A stretch of DNA of 64,000 bases from a virus (IMGVR_UViG_3300037797_000117:64001-128000); one strand, 5' to 3'; counted from the stretch's first letter, positions 47,783 to 57,173 are shown. The notes: a model not told the origin generated them from the letters alone. Numbers and translations: made by a program.

Positions 47783-47980
47783 GTGCCGAAGAGTGAATCG
47801 TCCCAGGTCAGCAAGCCTCCCGCCGACGTCCGGGTGCCCGTCGCTACCCGGATCCGTATTTCCGCCGTCAAGCAGATCGACGACTTCGCCGCAGAGGAGA
47901 ACCGCCCCCGGTCGGCGATGCTGCGAATCCTCCTGGCCGAGGCGGTCACAGAGCGCCTCCGCAAGCGGGGCCGCCGGTGA
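47783..47980 (+). CDS. ribbon-helix-helix (CopG-like) protein
   Basis: VATRI...IDDFAAEENRPRSAMLRILLAEAV; upstream TACGAT and GTAAACG twice. Confidence 0.75.
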   Translation: MPKSESSQVSKPPADVRVPVATRIRISAVKQIDDFAAEENRPRSAMLRILLAEAVTERLRKRGRR

Positions 47981-48519
47981 GCGCACCTGTCGACGAAGTC
48001 CGGATGGTGATGGTGGCCGGGTGGTGTGCCCGCCACGACTGCCGGCGGCCGTTCGTCGTGGCGCACCCGGTCCGTAACGTCGACGGCTGGCCGACCACAT
48101 GCTCGAGCACCTGCGCCCGCAGGTGCGCCAAGCGGCGCCGCGGTTCGCTCCTGGCAGCGAACCGCCACGCTGTCGCCGCGGCGGGGCGGCGGTGCCGGAT
48201 GTGTTGGAACCGGCCCCGGGTCGGGCCGAGCCCGGTGTGCACGCCGTGCTGGGTGAGCGGGCGCGAATCGGCGACCCGCATGTGCAGTGGCAAGCGGCGA
48301 CTCGGGATGGATGCGGCCTTGGACCGGGCCGGTGCGGCGGGTGTCTTCGAGGGCCGGGACATGGAGGCGTACTGGTGTCCGGTCTGCGGGTGGTGGCACA
48401 TCGGCAACGCCGGGCCCCGGGAGGACCGCAAGCGGCGGGTGTTGGCGGCGGCGATGTACGTCGACACGCTCGACCCGGGCCGGCTGGAACAGTTGCGGTC
48501 CGCCTGGGAGCCGCAGTAG
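47977..48519 (+). CDS. Cys-rich hypothetical protein
   Basis: CSGKRR...AYWCPVCGWWHIG. Confidence 0.65.
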   Translation: MSAPVDEVRMVMVAGWCARHDCRRPFVVAHPVRNVDGWPTTCSSTCARRCAKRRRGSLLAANRHAVAAAGRRCRMCWNRPRVGPSPVCTPCWVSGRESATRMCSGKRRLGMDAALDRAGAAGVFEGRDMEAYWCPVCGWWHIGNAGPREDRKRRVLAAAMYVDTLDPGRLEQLRSAWEPQ

Positions 48520-49123
48520 CCGGTCACGCCGGGGTGGGTTCTGGGTTGGTGCGTAGGTACAACACCCGTGTCGGGTGTTCACCCATCGCGGCGGGGCACC
48601 AGAACACGGTCGGGAATTCGGCCAGGACCACGTCGGCGATCTGCGGGGCGTAGTCGGCGACCCCGACCAGCCGGAACGAGGGGTGGGTCAGGGCGTCGAT
48701 GATGCGGGCGCGTGCTTCGGCCTGTGCTTCGTCGACCGCTACCGGCACCCCGTGCCCCCTTGCCCCGTCTCTGGTGGTTCGCGACGCAGCACACCCGCGG
48801 GTCGCGCCAGCTGGCGCACGACGCAAGACGGTCCTTTGAGCTCGGCTCACGGCGGCCCTTGCCCGAGGGCGCAACCGTGGGTGTGCTGCGTACCGGCCAC
48901 CCTAGCCGCGGTGGTGGGGTGTAACGGGCGAAACGCCGAACCACCTGCCGCATTTCCGCGAACACCGATGTGGGCGAGTTACGCGAGTGACTTCGAAGAT
49001 CACGCTAGGGTGGCCGGTGAGGTTGTGGCGCGCGGGCAAACACACCACACACACGGCAACCCCCTGGCGGGGTGGGCCGCTGCCGTCGCGCACCATAGCT
49101 GTGGCCGAGTGCGGGGGGCAGCG

Positions 49124-49405
49124 ATGTGGAAAACGGTGTGGCGGGTGGTCAGTCGTGGCCTGTCCGAGCCGGTCATGTGCGAAGGCCACCACTGGCATGT
49201 GACCGGGCGGGGCTGGGCGTGTTGTGCGTGTCCGGGCCGGGCGTCGGGCCGGCGGGGCCGCCCGGCCGGCCCGGTGGGCCAGGCGGTGCGGTGCAAGTCG
49301 CCGGTGGAGGCGACGGCCGGGTTGGAGAAGTGGCTGACGCAGATCGCGCCGCCGCGGGTACGGTTCGTGACCCGGCGGAACAGCCGGGACCGGGAACTGG
49401 TGTAG
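49124..49405 (+). CDS. small Cys-rich hypothetical protein
   Basis: ORF in operon context. Confidence 0.4.
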   Translation: MWKTVWRVVSRGLSEPVMCEGHHWHVTGRGWACCACPGRASGRRGRPAGPVGQAVRCKSPVEATAGLEKWLTQIAPPRVRFVTRRNSRDRELV

Positions 49406-49419
49406 ACCCGCCACCGGCG

Positions 49420-49644
49420 GTGCCGCAGGTGCGGGTCGAGATTTGCGCCGGTGGACATCAGGTGATCGTTGAGGCGCCCGAGTCGTTGGAACAGGTGGAA
49501 GCGGCCGCGATGCGGCTGTGGACGGCCACCGACGACCCGCGTCTGCTGCGAGGGTTCGGCCCGGTCGGGTTCGTCACGGAACAGGTCGGGGCTCCGATGC
49601 CGCCGGATCTGACGTTGCCGGGCCGCCTCACCGAATGGGAGTGA
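49420..49644 (+). CDS. small hypothetical protein
   Basis: ORF in operon context. Confidence 0.45.
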   Translation: MPQVRVEICAGGHQVIVEAPESLEQVEAAAMRLWTATDDPRLLRGFGPVGFVTEQVGAPMPPDLTLPGRLTEWE

Positions 49645-49650
49645 CCTGTT

Positions 49651-50061
49651 ATGCCGATGCACGTTGCTGAACCTGTCAGTACCGACGACCTGGTTAAGCT
49701 GTTGGCCACGTTGGTGGGGCCGGTCGAGGTGATGTTGTCCGCCGTCGCGGACGGCGCGGTCGGGGTGATGCGGACGCTGCTCGACCAGGCGTTCGAGCAT
49801 GGCCGGGCGGCGGGGCTGGCCGACGCCGAACATCGGGTGTCGAAGGTTGTCGGGACCCGGGCGGTGGACACCAACGGCATCGACGGGGTGCTGGTGCGGT
49901 GCGGCACGTGCGGCGGTGACGGGCTCCTGGTGCAGGCCGACCAGGGGTTGGACCCGGGCGCCGGGGTGTACGACCCGGCCGCCACCGCGATCATCCCGAA
50001 GATCGGCAACGATCCGACGGCGACGACGAAGTTCTACATGGACCCGCGGCGGCGGGACTAG
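49651..50061 (+). CDS. hypothetical protein
   Basis: GGGAG RBS. Confidence 0.55.
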   Translation: MPMHVAEPVSTDDLVKLLATLVGPVEVMLSAVADGAVGVMRTLLDQAFEHGRAAGLADAEHRVSKVVGTRAVDTNGIDGVLVRCGTCGGDGLLVQADQGLDPGAGVYDPAATAIIPKIGNDPTATTKFYMDPRRRD

Positions 50062-50102
50062 CCGGCCGGCAGGCCGGGGCACAGCTCGACGGGGGAACCA
50101 GC

Positions 50103-51215
50103 ATGCGCAGCCAGATCGTCAACTACAAGAACCGCAGCCCCGGACACCGGCGGGGGCGGCTGGTCAACGTCGGGTTCTTCCTGCACCAGGTGCCGCGGCC
50201 GTTGCTGGCGTGTGCCCTGCTCGGGCACCGCTGCGTCGTCGACGGCTACGACTCCCGTGCCGCCATGGCCGCGCCACCCGCCGACTTCGAGGGCAGGCGG
50301 CTGCGGTGGGTGGTGTGTTCCCGCTGCGGGGACCGGCCCACCCCGCAGGGGGCGTTGGACCCGGACCGGTGGAACCTGGGTGAGAAGTACACCGGCTGCC
50401 ACGGCGACTACGTCGACCCGGCCCGGTACGGCCCGTTGAAGGACCTCAAGTTTTATCCGCCCGGCCCGTACCGGTGGAACGACGCCCGCGGCGAGCTCGG
50501 CGGGCAGGTCATCGTCGGCCGGCAGGAGATGGGGATCGGGTTCGGGTTCAAAATCGGCAACGGCGGCTCCGAGCAGCCCCTCGCCGCGCACCTGCATCTG
50601 GGGTTGTTGGGTGCCCTGTACCTGCACACCGGCGGCGGCATCGGCCGCGGGGTGCAGCGGCGGCTGAACCCGGACCGGCCCGGGGTGTGGAACTCCCGCG
50701 TCGTCGAAGTCGCGCTGCGCCGCGGCACCCTGTCGTGGAAGGTGTGGGCCAAACGCGACGAATACAGCCGCACCGACCCGTGGTGGCAGCAGGGCCGGGT
50801 CAACCTGCGGCCCTTGGACGTGCTGCTCGGCCCGAAACGGGTCGACCACCGTGACGTGCCCGGCGGGGTCGCCACCCGCATCGTGCGGATGCCCGAAGGG
50901 GACTACCTGGTCGGGTTGAAACTGCAACAGGTCACCGTGGGGCGTCGGCGGGGCCGGCGCCGGCGGCTGCCGTACGAGGTGGACTGGTCAGCCCTCGGCA
51001 AAGGGATCCCCACCGAAGGGCCACTGCGGGGGCGGACGTTCGGGGCGTCGGTGGCAGTGTCCGACCCGTCCGTCGACGCCGGTACCTGGGCGGCGGAGGC
51101 CGCCGCGAAGGTGGCGGCGCAGGTCGCGATGTGGCGGACCCGGGAAGGGTGGGAACCCACCGGCCTGGTCCAGGTCGACACGGTCCCGGCCGACACGGTG
51201 CAGGTGACGCCGTGA
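50103..51215 (+). CDS. hypothetical protein (370 aa)
   Basis: Long GC3-biased ORF; CALLGH...VVCSRCG. Confidence 0.7.
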   Translation: MRSQIVNYKNRSPGHRRGRLVNVGFFLHQVPRPLLACALLGHRCVVDGYDSRAAMAAPPADFEGRRLRWVVCSRCGDRPTPQGALDPDRWNLGEKYTGCHGDYVDPARYGPLKDLKFYPPGPYRWNDARGELGGQVIVGRQEMGIGFGFKIGNGGSEQPLAAHLHLGLLGALYLHTGGGIGRGVQRRLNPDRPGVWNSRVVEVALRRGTLSWKVWAKRDEYSRTDPWWQQGRVNLRPLDVLLGPKRVDHRDVPGGVATRIVRMPEGDYLVGLKLQQVTVGRRRGRRRRLPYEVDWSALGKGIPTEGPLRGRTFGASVAVSDPSVDAGTWAAEAAAKVAAQVAMWRTREGWEPTGLVQVDTVPADTVQVTP

Positions 51216-51433
51216 CCGTGGAACGGCACCTGCTGGTGACCAACACCGACGTTGCTGATTTGACCGCCGCCCTGTCCTGGGCGGTCCGGGCCGTCGACAC
51301 CGAGTTTTCCACCGCCACCATGGTGAAGATCGTGGTGGAGCAGACCATGCAGTGTGACACCGACGAGGTGGACTGGCGGTACGTGTGGTCCGCGGCGGTC
51401 AGCGGCTCTCTCGACGAAGAGGCTGAGTCGTGA
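51212..51433 (+). CDS. small hypothetical protein
   Basis: GTGA overlaps. Confidence 0.5.
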   Translation: MTVERHLLVTNTDVADLTAALSWAVRAVDTEFSTATMVKIVVEQTMQCDTDEVDWRYVWSAAVSGSLDEEAES

Positions 51434-51678
51434 ATGCCGACCGGCCCGAACGGATCCCGTACGAAGACATCGCGGACATTGTGCGGGAATGGCCGACCCC
51501 ACGCGGCTATGGCCCGTTCATCGCCGGGAAGTACCAGGTGCCGTTGGCGACCGCGCGGCGGTGGGTGTACCAGACCCGGCTGCGTGGGCTGTTGCCGGCC
51601 GGCACCGGGGACCGGCCGTGCCCGTCGTGTGCCGGCAGCGGCGTCGCCCATTGGGGTTCGAGGCGGCGGACCGCATGA
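51430..51678 (+). CDS. HTH protein
   Basis: IAGKYQVPLATARRWVYQTRLRGLLP. Confidence 0.65.
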   Translation: MNADRPERIPYEDIADIVREWPTPRGYGPFIAGKYQVPLATARRWVYQTRLRGLLPAGTGDRPCPSCAGSGVAHWGSRRRTA

Positions 51679-51896
51679 CCGACACCAACCCGGACCCCGA
51701 CGACACCGCCGTCGACAACGACCCCGACCACGACGACGGGGTGGATGAGGGGCGGTACACGCCGCGGCGGCTGTGGCAGGCATTCAACACCTGGATCGAC
51801 ACGTACGCCTGGACCATCATCACCCTCGGCGTCGCCCTGATCCTGCTCGACGTCCTCATCGTGTTGACGTTCGTCCTGTTCCAGGTATTCCGATAG
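51675..51896 (+). CDS. small membrane protein
   Basis: Acidic N-terminus and C-terminal TM. Confidence 0.55.
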   Translation: MTDTNPDPDDTAVDNDPDHDDGVDEGRYTPRRLWQAFNTWIDTYAWTIITLGVALILLDVLIVLTFVLFQVFR

Positions 51897-52003
51897 GGCC
51901 CCGGACAAAGTGAAGCGGCAGCTTGCCCCCGCCAGCTGCCGCCCCGAACAGACCCCCACTCCCGAGGTGTCCGACCGCACACGATAGCGGACGGAGACCT
52001 GCC

Positions 52004-53131
52004 ATGCCCGAATCCCACACCGTAGCGGCGTGTGTGGTGTGCCGCCGCCGCGAGCCCCAGTCCGGGCAGGTATGCGACCCGTGCCAGGCCCGGATCGTGG
52101 CCGGCCTCGCCGACCTGGTCGACAAGTTGGGCCGGCTCCACCTCGCCGTCGTCCCATCACCGGCCGCCGCCGCCGACCGGGTATCAACCTCACGCACCGG
52201 TGCACCTGTCCCGGCCCGGATGGACGCCCTGTCCCTGGTCGGCCCCGGCAACGAATCGGTCACCGCGATCCTGCACCCGCTGGTGCGGCGCTGGTCCACG
52301 TCGCGGATCGTCACCGTCACCACGGTGCGCGCCAACCGGTTCCACATCGACGAGCGGGTCATCACCGACTGGTTCCAGGAGGTGGCCCGCGACGACGCCG
52401 GCGCCCCGCTCCTGGTCGCCGACGACGACCAGGTCGGTGTCCTCCCGCCGCGGGAATGGCTCGACTCGTGGGTGCGGGCGTGGCGGGCCCATTTCCGGCA
52501 CCACCCGCCCCGCCGCCGGACGCGGCCCGCCGCCCCGGCCGCTGCCGTACCCGTGCGTGGCTACGTCGACCCGCTGCGCCGCGAATGGGAAACCCGGTTC
52601 GGGGAGCCGGCCCGCGACGTCGCTGTCCACACCAACGTCAACTATTTGGCGACGTGGCTCGGGCAGGCCTGCGAAGACGACGTCGGGATCGCCGCGTTCT
52701 CCCACGAACTACGCCACCTCCTGGCCGAACTGACCCGGGTGCTGGGGGAAACCCCCGACCAGCAGTGGCTGGGACGCTGCCCGGCCATCATCTCCGACCC
52801 GGACGGCGGCTCGGCGGCGTGCGCGGCCGGGCTGTGGCAGGACCCCCACGCCTCCCAGGTCATCTGCCCCCGCTGCCACTCGACGTGGGGGCCCCGGCCG
52901 GTGGAGCTCCTCCACTTGGCCGCCGAGATCCGGCGGGTGTGGCCCGTCGACCGCAGGCGCCGCTACACCCGCACCGACATTGGGCAGCTTCGCACCTTGT
53001 CGTGCCCGGGGTGTGCCGGCCCGGTCAACATCCGGTGGCGTGACGTCACCGCCACCGTCGACACCGAACCGTGGTGGCGGCCGGAACGGGCGGTATGCCC
53101 GGCCGGGTGCGACACAGAAAGGCTGATCTGA
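52004..53131 (+). CDS. multi-Cys zinc-binding protein, possible phage-type transcriptional activator
   Basis: CVVC...CDPC; LGRCP...C...VICPRC; GGAG RBS. Confidence 0.65.
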   Translation: MPESHTVAACVVCRRREPQSGQVCDPCQARIVAGLADLVDKLGRLHLAVVPSPAAAADRVSTSRTGAPVPARMDALSLVGPGNESVTAILHPLVRRWSTSRIVTVTTVRANRFHIDERVITDWFQEVARDDAGAPLLVADDDQVGVLPPREWLDSWVRAWRAHFRHHPPRRRTRPAAPAAAVPVRGYVDPLRREWETRFGEPARDVAVHTNVNYLATWLGQACEDDVGIAAFSHELRHLLAELTRVLGETPDQQWLGRCPAIISDPDGGSAACAAGLWQDPHASQVICPRCHSTWGPRPVELLHLAAEIRRVWPVDRRRRYTRTDIGQLRTLSCPGCAGPVNIRWRDVTATVDTEPWWRPERAVCPAGCDTERLI

Positions 53132-53132
53132 C

Positions 53133-54035
53133 ATGACAACAGCGTCGCCAGACCCGGACCGGGGCAGCGTGTGGGTAGCTGCGGTCGGGACGCACTACCT
53201 CGGCGAGGGATGGACCGACCTCGGCTACATCGACGAAACCGGCCTCGTGCCCGATCCGGACCCGCCACCCGCCCGGGCACCGGGCGGCACCGCCGACTTC
53301 GTCGACCGGCTCGACGCCGCCGTCGACGGGCGCTGCGGCTGCGGCTGCGGCACCCCCATCACCGACAGCTCCCCGTCGGCGTACTACGCCACCGCCCACT
53401 GCCAGTCGGCGTGGATGAACCAGCACGCCACCAACCCGGGCGAGGTGTACTCCCGCCCCGACGCCGCGTCGGTCCTCGTCGGCTCCGACGACACCCCGAT
53501 CCCGCTGCGCGAGCCGGCCCGGTCCCCCACCGGCGGCGGGTCGGGTGGCGCCAGCGGCGGGTGGGCGCCGCCGGGCGACCGGTTACAGGTGTACGGGCCG
53601 GGCACGCTTCCCGACTTTCTGTCCTACCACCGGTGGTGCGACGGTTGCCGCACCGCGACCGTGCCGGTCATCGTCGAAGACGACACCCACGACATCACGG
53701 TCGTCGGCGTGTGGGAACCGGTCCGGTCCTACCCGACGGGCCACCGCCAGTGGTGCTCGGCATGCGAAGCCACCTCGGCCGGGCCGGTGTACCTCCCGAC
53801 CGTGGAAACCGACCGGGGCCCGGTCCCCGGCTGGCTGTTCACCCTGTCCGGAAGTTACGGCCGGGTGTCATCGGCCCTGTCCCGGCTCGCGCTGGACCGG
53901 GCCGCCAACCGGCGGCTCCTCGTCGACTCGACGTGGCGCAGCATGGAACGCGACCTGGGCCGCTTCGAGCGGGAATGGTCCGGTCGGGCCGGGCGCCGGG
54001 CCGCCGCCGACCGGTGCACCGACCCACGCCTGTGA
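53133..54035 (+). CDS. hypothetical Cys-rich protein
   Basis: GWTDLGYIDE; CGCGCG; 300 aa. Confidence 0.6.
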   Translation: MTTASPDPDRGSVWVAAVGTHYLGEGWTDLGYIDETGLVPDPDPPPARAPGGTADFVDRLDAAVDGRCGCGCGTPITDSSPSAYYATAHCQSAWMNQHATNPGEVYSRPDAASVLVGSDDTPIPLREPARSPTGGGSGGASGGWAPPGDRLQVYGPGTLPDFLSYHRWCDGCRTATVPVIVEDDTHDITVVGVWEPVRSYPTGHRQWCSACEATSAGPVYLPTVETDRGPVPGWLFTLSGSYGRVSSALSRLALDRAANRRLLVDSTWRSMERDLGRFEREWSGRAGRRAAADRCTDPRL

Positions 54036-54304
54036 TTCTCACCTGGGACGGGGAACGTCCCCTCGCCGACGCCGACATGTTGGCCTCCCTGTATGAGGTG
54101 TCACCCCGCACGGTGCGGCGGCACTGCACCCCGGCCCGGTACCTGCCAAGGGTGGGGCTGCCCCGCGGTGTCGGCGGCACCGCCCTGTATGACGCCATCG
54201 CCGCCGGGGACGCCCTGGCCGGGATCGCCCCCCGCCCCGAGCGGACGCTGGCGGCGTTGCGGTACCGCGCTGAGCAGGAACGCAAGGGTCAGCGGGGACG
54301 CTGA
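54032..54304 (+). CDS. small HTH-like protein
   Basis: MLASLYEVSPRTVRRHC. Confidence 0.5.
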   Translation: MILTWDGERPLADADMLASLYEVSPRTVRRHCTPARYLPRVGLPRGVGGTALYDAIAAGDALAGIAPRPERTLAALRYRAEQERKGQRGR

Positions 54305-54328
54305 CACAGATCCACAGACAACAGGGGG

Positions 54329-54358
54329 TTGCGTCGTTCCCGGGGTACGGGGTACGGT
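54329..54358 (+). promoter_or_regulatory. operator-promoter copy 14 (heads the tRNA/ncRNA array)
   Basis: TTGCGT-N18-TACGGT; spacer CGTTCCCGGGGTACG. Confidence 0.7.
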
Positions 54359-54404
54359 AGTGGAGCAAGTACGGCGGAGGGGTTGCAACCCGAGCCGGGC
54401 GAGC

Positions 54405-54501
54405 AAAGCGATGGTGTAGCGGTAGCACCCCGCCCCGAGTACCCCCGCTGGCAGGTGGGGGGAAACGGGCGGCGGGCCAGGTTCGAATCCTGGGCGCTTG
54501 C
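54405..54501 (+). ncRNA. tRNA-like RNA with a 33-nt hairpin replacing the anticodon loop
   Basis: D arm TGGTGTAGCGGTAGCAC, stem CCGCC/GGCGG, T arm CCAGGTTCGAATCCTGG, acceptor AAGCG/CGCTT. Confidence 0.7.
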
Positions 54502-54734
54502 GGAAGACACGGCGGGGCACCGGCCGTGTCACCCCTGAAGGACACCTCTACTGCCAGGTAGGCGGTGTTCAACCCACAGGTGCAAGGACCCGGAAGCTAG
54601 CGCCGGGAACGAACTCCGGTACCGGGGTACCGGTGCGAGGACGGGGGGAACAATTTCCCCTTAATCCGCCCAGGAAGGGCTCCCGTCAGGGAAGCACCTG
54701 GGACCGGCCTCGCACCGGGCGCCGGAACCACACT

Positions 54735-54814
54735 GGGGATGCATGGGCAAGCCCAACCGGGCCGGCGGCAAGCCGGCAACCGAGGGAACGTCGGTTCGAC
54801 TCCGACCATCTCCA
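54735..54814 (+). ncRNA. tRNA-like RNA with Ala/tmRNA-type acceptor (G3-U70, A73) and atypical D and anticodon arms
   Basis: GGGGATG...GTCGGTTCGACTCCGAC CATCTCC A. Confidence 0.65.
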
Positions 54815-54995
54815 CAGGGCAATGCTGCTGAGCACGCTCCCCGACCCCCACACCAGGGGCACGTCGGGCCTAGGGCAAAAGGCAGCCGGCGGCGACCGTA
54901 ACCGGCACGAAGGACGCAAGGCTCAGGAGGGCGTCCCACGAACGGCTAGGGATGAGGCCGTTCACCCCGTTCCCCCGACGGAAGGGCACCCGACG

Positions 54996-55223
54996 ATGGC
55001 CGACAGGACGCTCACGATCACCCACCACGGTCAGACCTTCGACGTGGTCCGGCACAAGCCGAAGTACACCCACCTACGCGTCCCGTCCAGCGACCCCGAC
55101 CGCGACCCCTACGACGTGGTCGTGGACAAGGACGGCGCCCGCTGCACCTGCAAGGGCCACCTCTTCGGCAAGATGTGCCGGCACAAGAAGCTGGCGCAGA
55201 GCCTGGCCGGTCAGACCAGCTAG
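54996..55223 (+). CDS. SWIM zinc-finger protein
   Basis: YDV...RCTCKG...MCRH. Confidence 0.8.
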   Translation: MADRTLTITHHGQTFDVVRHKPKYTHLRVPSSDPDRDPYDVVVDKDGARCTCKGHLFGKMCRHKKLAQSLAGQTS

Positions 55224-55266
55224 AACAACCCGCACACCCGTTTCCCCAACGGAAAGGATCCCCACC

Positions 55267-55395
55267 ATGTGGTTGCTGGACATGCTGTTCGGCAGCTCCG
55301 ACGACTCGACCGACGAGGTTTACGGCGGCGACGACGGCTACGACGGCGCCGACTGGGAAGACGACTTCGACGGCTACGACGAAGACGAGTTCTGA
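55267..55395 (+). CDS. tiny very acidic peptide
   Basis: GAAAGGA RBS; MWLLDMLFGSSDDSTDE... Confidence 0.55.
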   Translation: MWLLDMLFGSSDDSTDEVYGGDDGYDGADWEDDFDGYDEDEF

Positions 55396-55405
55396 GGCGA
55401 TCGCC

Positions 55406-55588
55406 GTGGCCTACCTGGTGTACGACGCCATCAACGCGGTCTTCGAGGTGTGCTGCGCCGACGACGGCTGCAACGGAGGAGTGGTCGGCACGTTCGACTA
55501 CGAGGACGACGCCGACGAGTACGCCGAAGACCACGAATACGAGCACGACGTCGCCGCGTACGCCGACTACAACGGGGAGGTGTTCTGA
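55406..55588 (+). CDS. small acidic protein, paralogue A
   Basis: YDAINAVFEVCCADDGCNGGVVGTFDYEDDA. Confidence 0.6.
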   Translation: MAYLVYDAINAVFEVCCADDGCNGGVVGTFDYEDDADEYAEDHEYEHDVAAYADYNGEVF

Positions 55589-55592
55589 CCGG

Positions 55593-55748
55593 GTGGCCGA
55601 CTACCACTACGACGAGCTGTCCGACGCCTACGACGTCTACTGCGAAGACGGCTGCAACCCGAACAACGACGGCTACCTCGGCAGCTTCGACGACGAACGC
55701 GACGCCATCCTCACCGCCGACAACGACGAGACGTACCACTACGGCTAG
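55593..55748 (+). CDS. small acidic protein, paralogue B
   Basis: YDELSDAYDVYCEDGCNPNNDGYLGSFDDERDA. Confidence 0.6.
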   Translation: MADYHYDELSDAYDVYCEDGCNPNNDGYLGSFDDERDAILTADNDETYHYG

Positions 55749-56073
55749 CGAGGTGCCAGCCGGGCACCGGTTCAGCCAAAAAGCTAGACGGCCACCGGCC
55801 GAGCACCTACCGTGACACCCAAGCATCACCGACCAGCAGGGAGCCCCACCGTGACATTCGGACAGGCCAACGCCCACCGGCAGCCATTGCTGCCCGGCTG
55901 GCAGGCCATGGCCGAATGCCCGTCGCGATCCACGACCGGCGAGTACGCGAAGCAGGCCAACCTGGGGATCAGGTGGCGGATGTAGGCGCAGCACATCGAG
56001 CGCCGAGAGCCGCCCTCCCCCCACCGGGACAGGGCGGCTCTCCCGTTTGACCGGACAACTCCACAGCACCCTT

Positions 56074-56146
56074 TCGGGCGTAGCTCAACTGGAAGAGCAG
56101 CGGTCTCCAAAGCCGCAAGTTGCAGGTTCGAGTCCTGTCGCCCGGG
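56074..56146 (+). tRNA. tRNA-Trp(CCA)
   Basis: Cloverleaf; loop CTCCAAA; G73. Confidence 0.9.
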
Positions 56147-56536
56147 CGTAACACGAACGGTGCCCTTGATGTCGGGCGCGCACGGCACCATTTGAAAAGT
56201 CCATAGTGGATGGCAAAGAAAATGTTGCCGCTCACCCGGGCAGGCCCCAGGGGCTGCCGAGGTGAGCGAGGACGCCAACCCGGAACCCGCACCAGCCACC
56301 GGCACAGGTCCCCAGCATCATCGGGGCAGCACCAACGGCGGTGAACCGGTCGGGATTCGGCGGGGCGTCTACATACAGCAGCAAGCTGCCCCCGTCACGA
56401 ACGGTAGGGGTAGTTGCCAGGCGGCCCGTGATTCAGCGAGCGGGACGCGGCCGGCAGCAGACGTCGCCGGGCCCCGAGCCGACCCCGCAAGAGGGGCCGG
56501 AAGCCGGACATAGGGCCGGCGCCCGGCGGCGTCAAC

Positions 56537-56609
56537 GGGCCTGTAGCGCAACTGGTAGAGCACCACGCTGGCAGCGTGAAGGTTGGCGGTTCAAGTCCGC
56601 CCAGGTCCA
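56537..56609 (+). tRNA. tRNA-Ala(GGC)
   Basis: Loop CTGGCAG; G3-U70; A73. Confidence 0.9.
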
Positions 56610-56839
56610 CAGGGAGCGTCCAACAACGGTCTCCCATCAATCTGGTACCGCCGGGATAAGAGCCCCCGGGGGGAGCTGGCGACCGGCCCTGCACCGCGGC
56701 GGGATGCACACCTGCCCCGGAGGCCGTCTGGTCGCCTCGCCGGTCTGGCATGACCGGCGGGAACGGCGGTACCTGACAACTTCAACCGGCCTGGTCGCCG
56801 GCAACCTCCCGAGTCCTCGTGTCGACACGAGGAGGAGCC

Positions 56840-57148
56840 ATGACCGCGTTGGATGAAGCGATCGAGCAGTTGCAGCTCACGGAAGTGTTCGCCGCCGGCG
56901 AATACGACTACGAGTGGTGCGAGTTCAAGGCCTGGGTAGCCCCTTCGGGACGCTACTTCTGGTTTGCCGACTCGGGTTGCTCGTGCCGCGGGTACGGCGA
57001 GGACTCGTTCTACTCGGTGTCGGACTTCAGCGATGGAGCCCGCTCGACGTTGGAGCGCGCCTTCCGGGCCTGGCGGCAGAGCAGCGGCAACGGCCCGCTC
57101 GAAGGTGTCGACGAGGCCATGGAGAAGCTCCGGCAGCTCCGGCCCTGA
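56840..57148 (+). CDS. hypothetical phage-type protein
   Basis: GGAGGAG RBS; YDYEW...DSGCSC. Confidence 0.75.
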   Translation: MTALDEAIEQLQLTEVFAAGEYDYEWCEFKAWVAPSGRYFWFADSGCSCRGYGEDSFYSVSDFSDGARSTLERAFRAWRQSSGNGPLEGVDEAMEKLRQLRP

Positions 57149-57173
57149 CGACACCGCCCCTTCGGGGGCACCC

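Noticed and set aside
46321-48582. Long antisense or alternative-frame ORFs (for example 46321-48582, 21494-23260, 7492-8964)
   Set aside because: Arg/Pro/Gly-rich shadow frames of real genes, expected in high-GC DNA.
54735-54814. Full tmRNA (ssrA)
   Set aside because: Only 80 nt between the acceptor strands; no tag ORF or pseudoknots.
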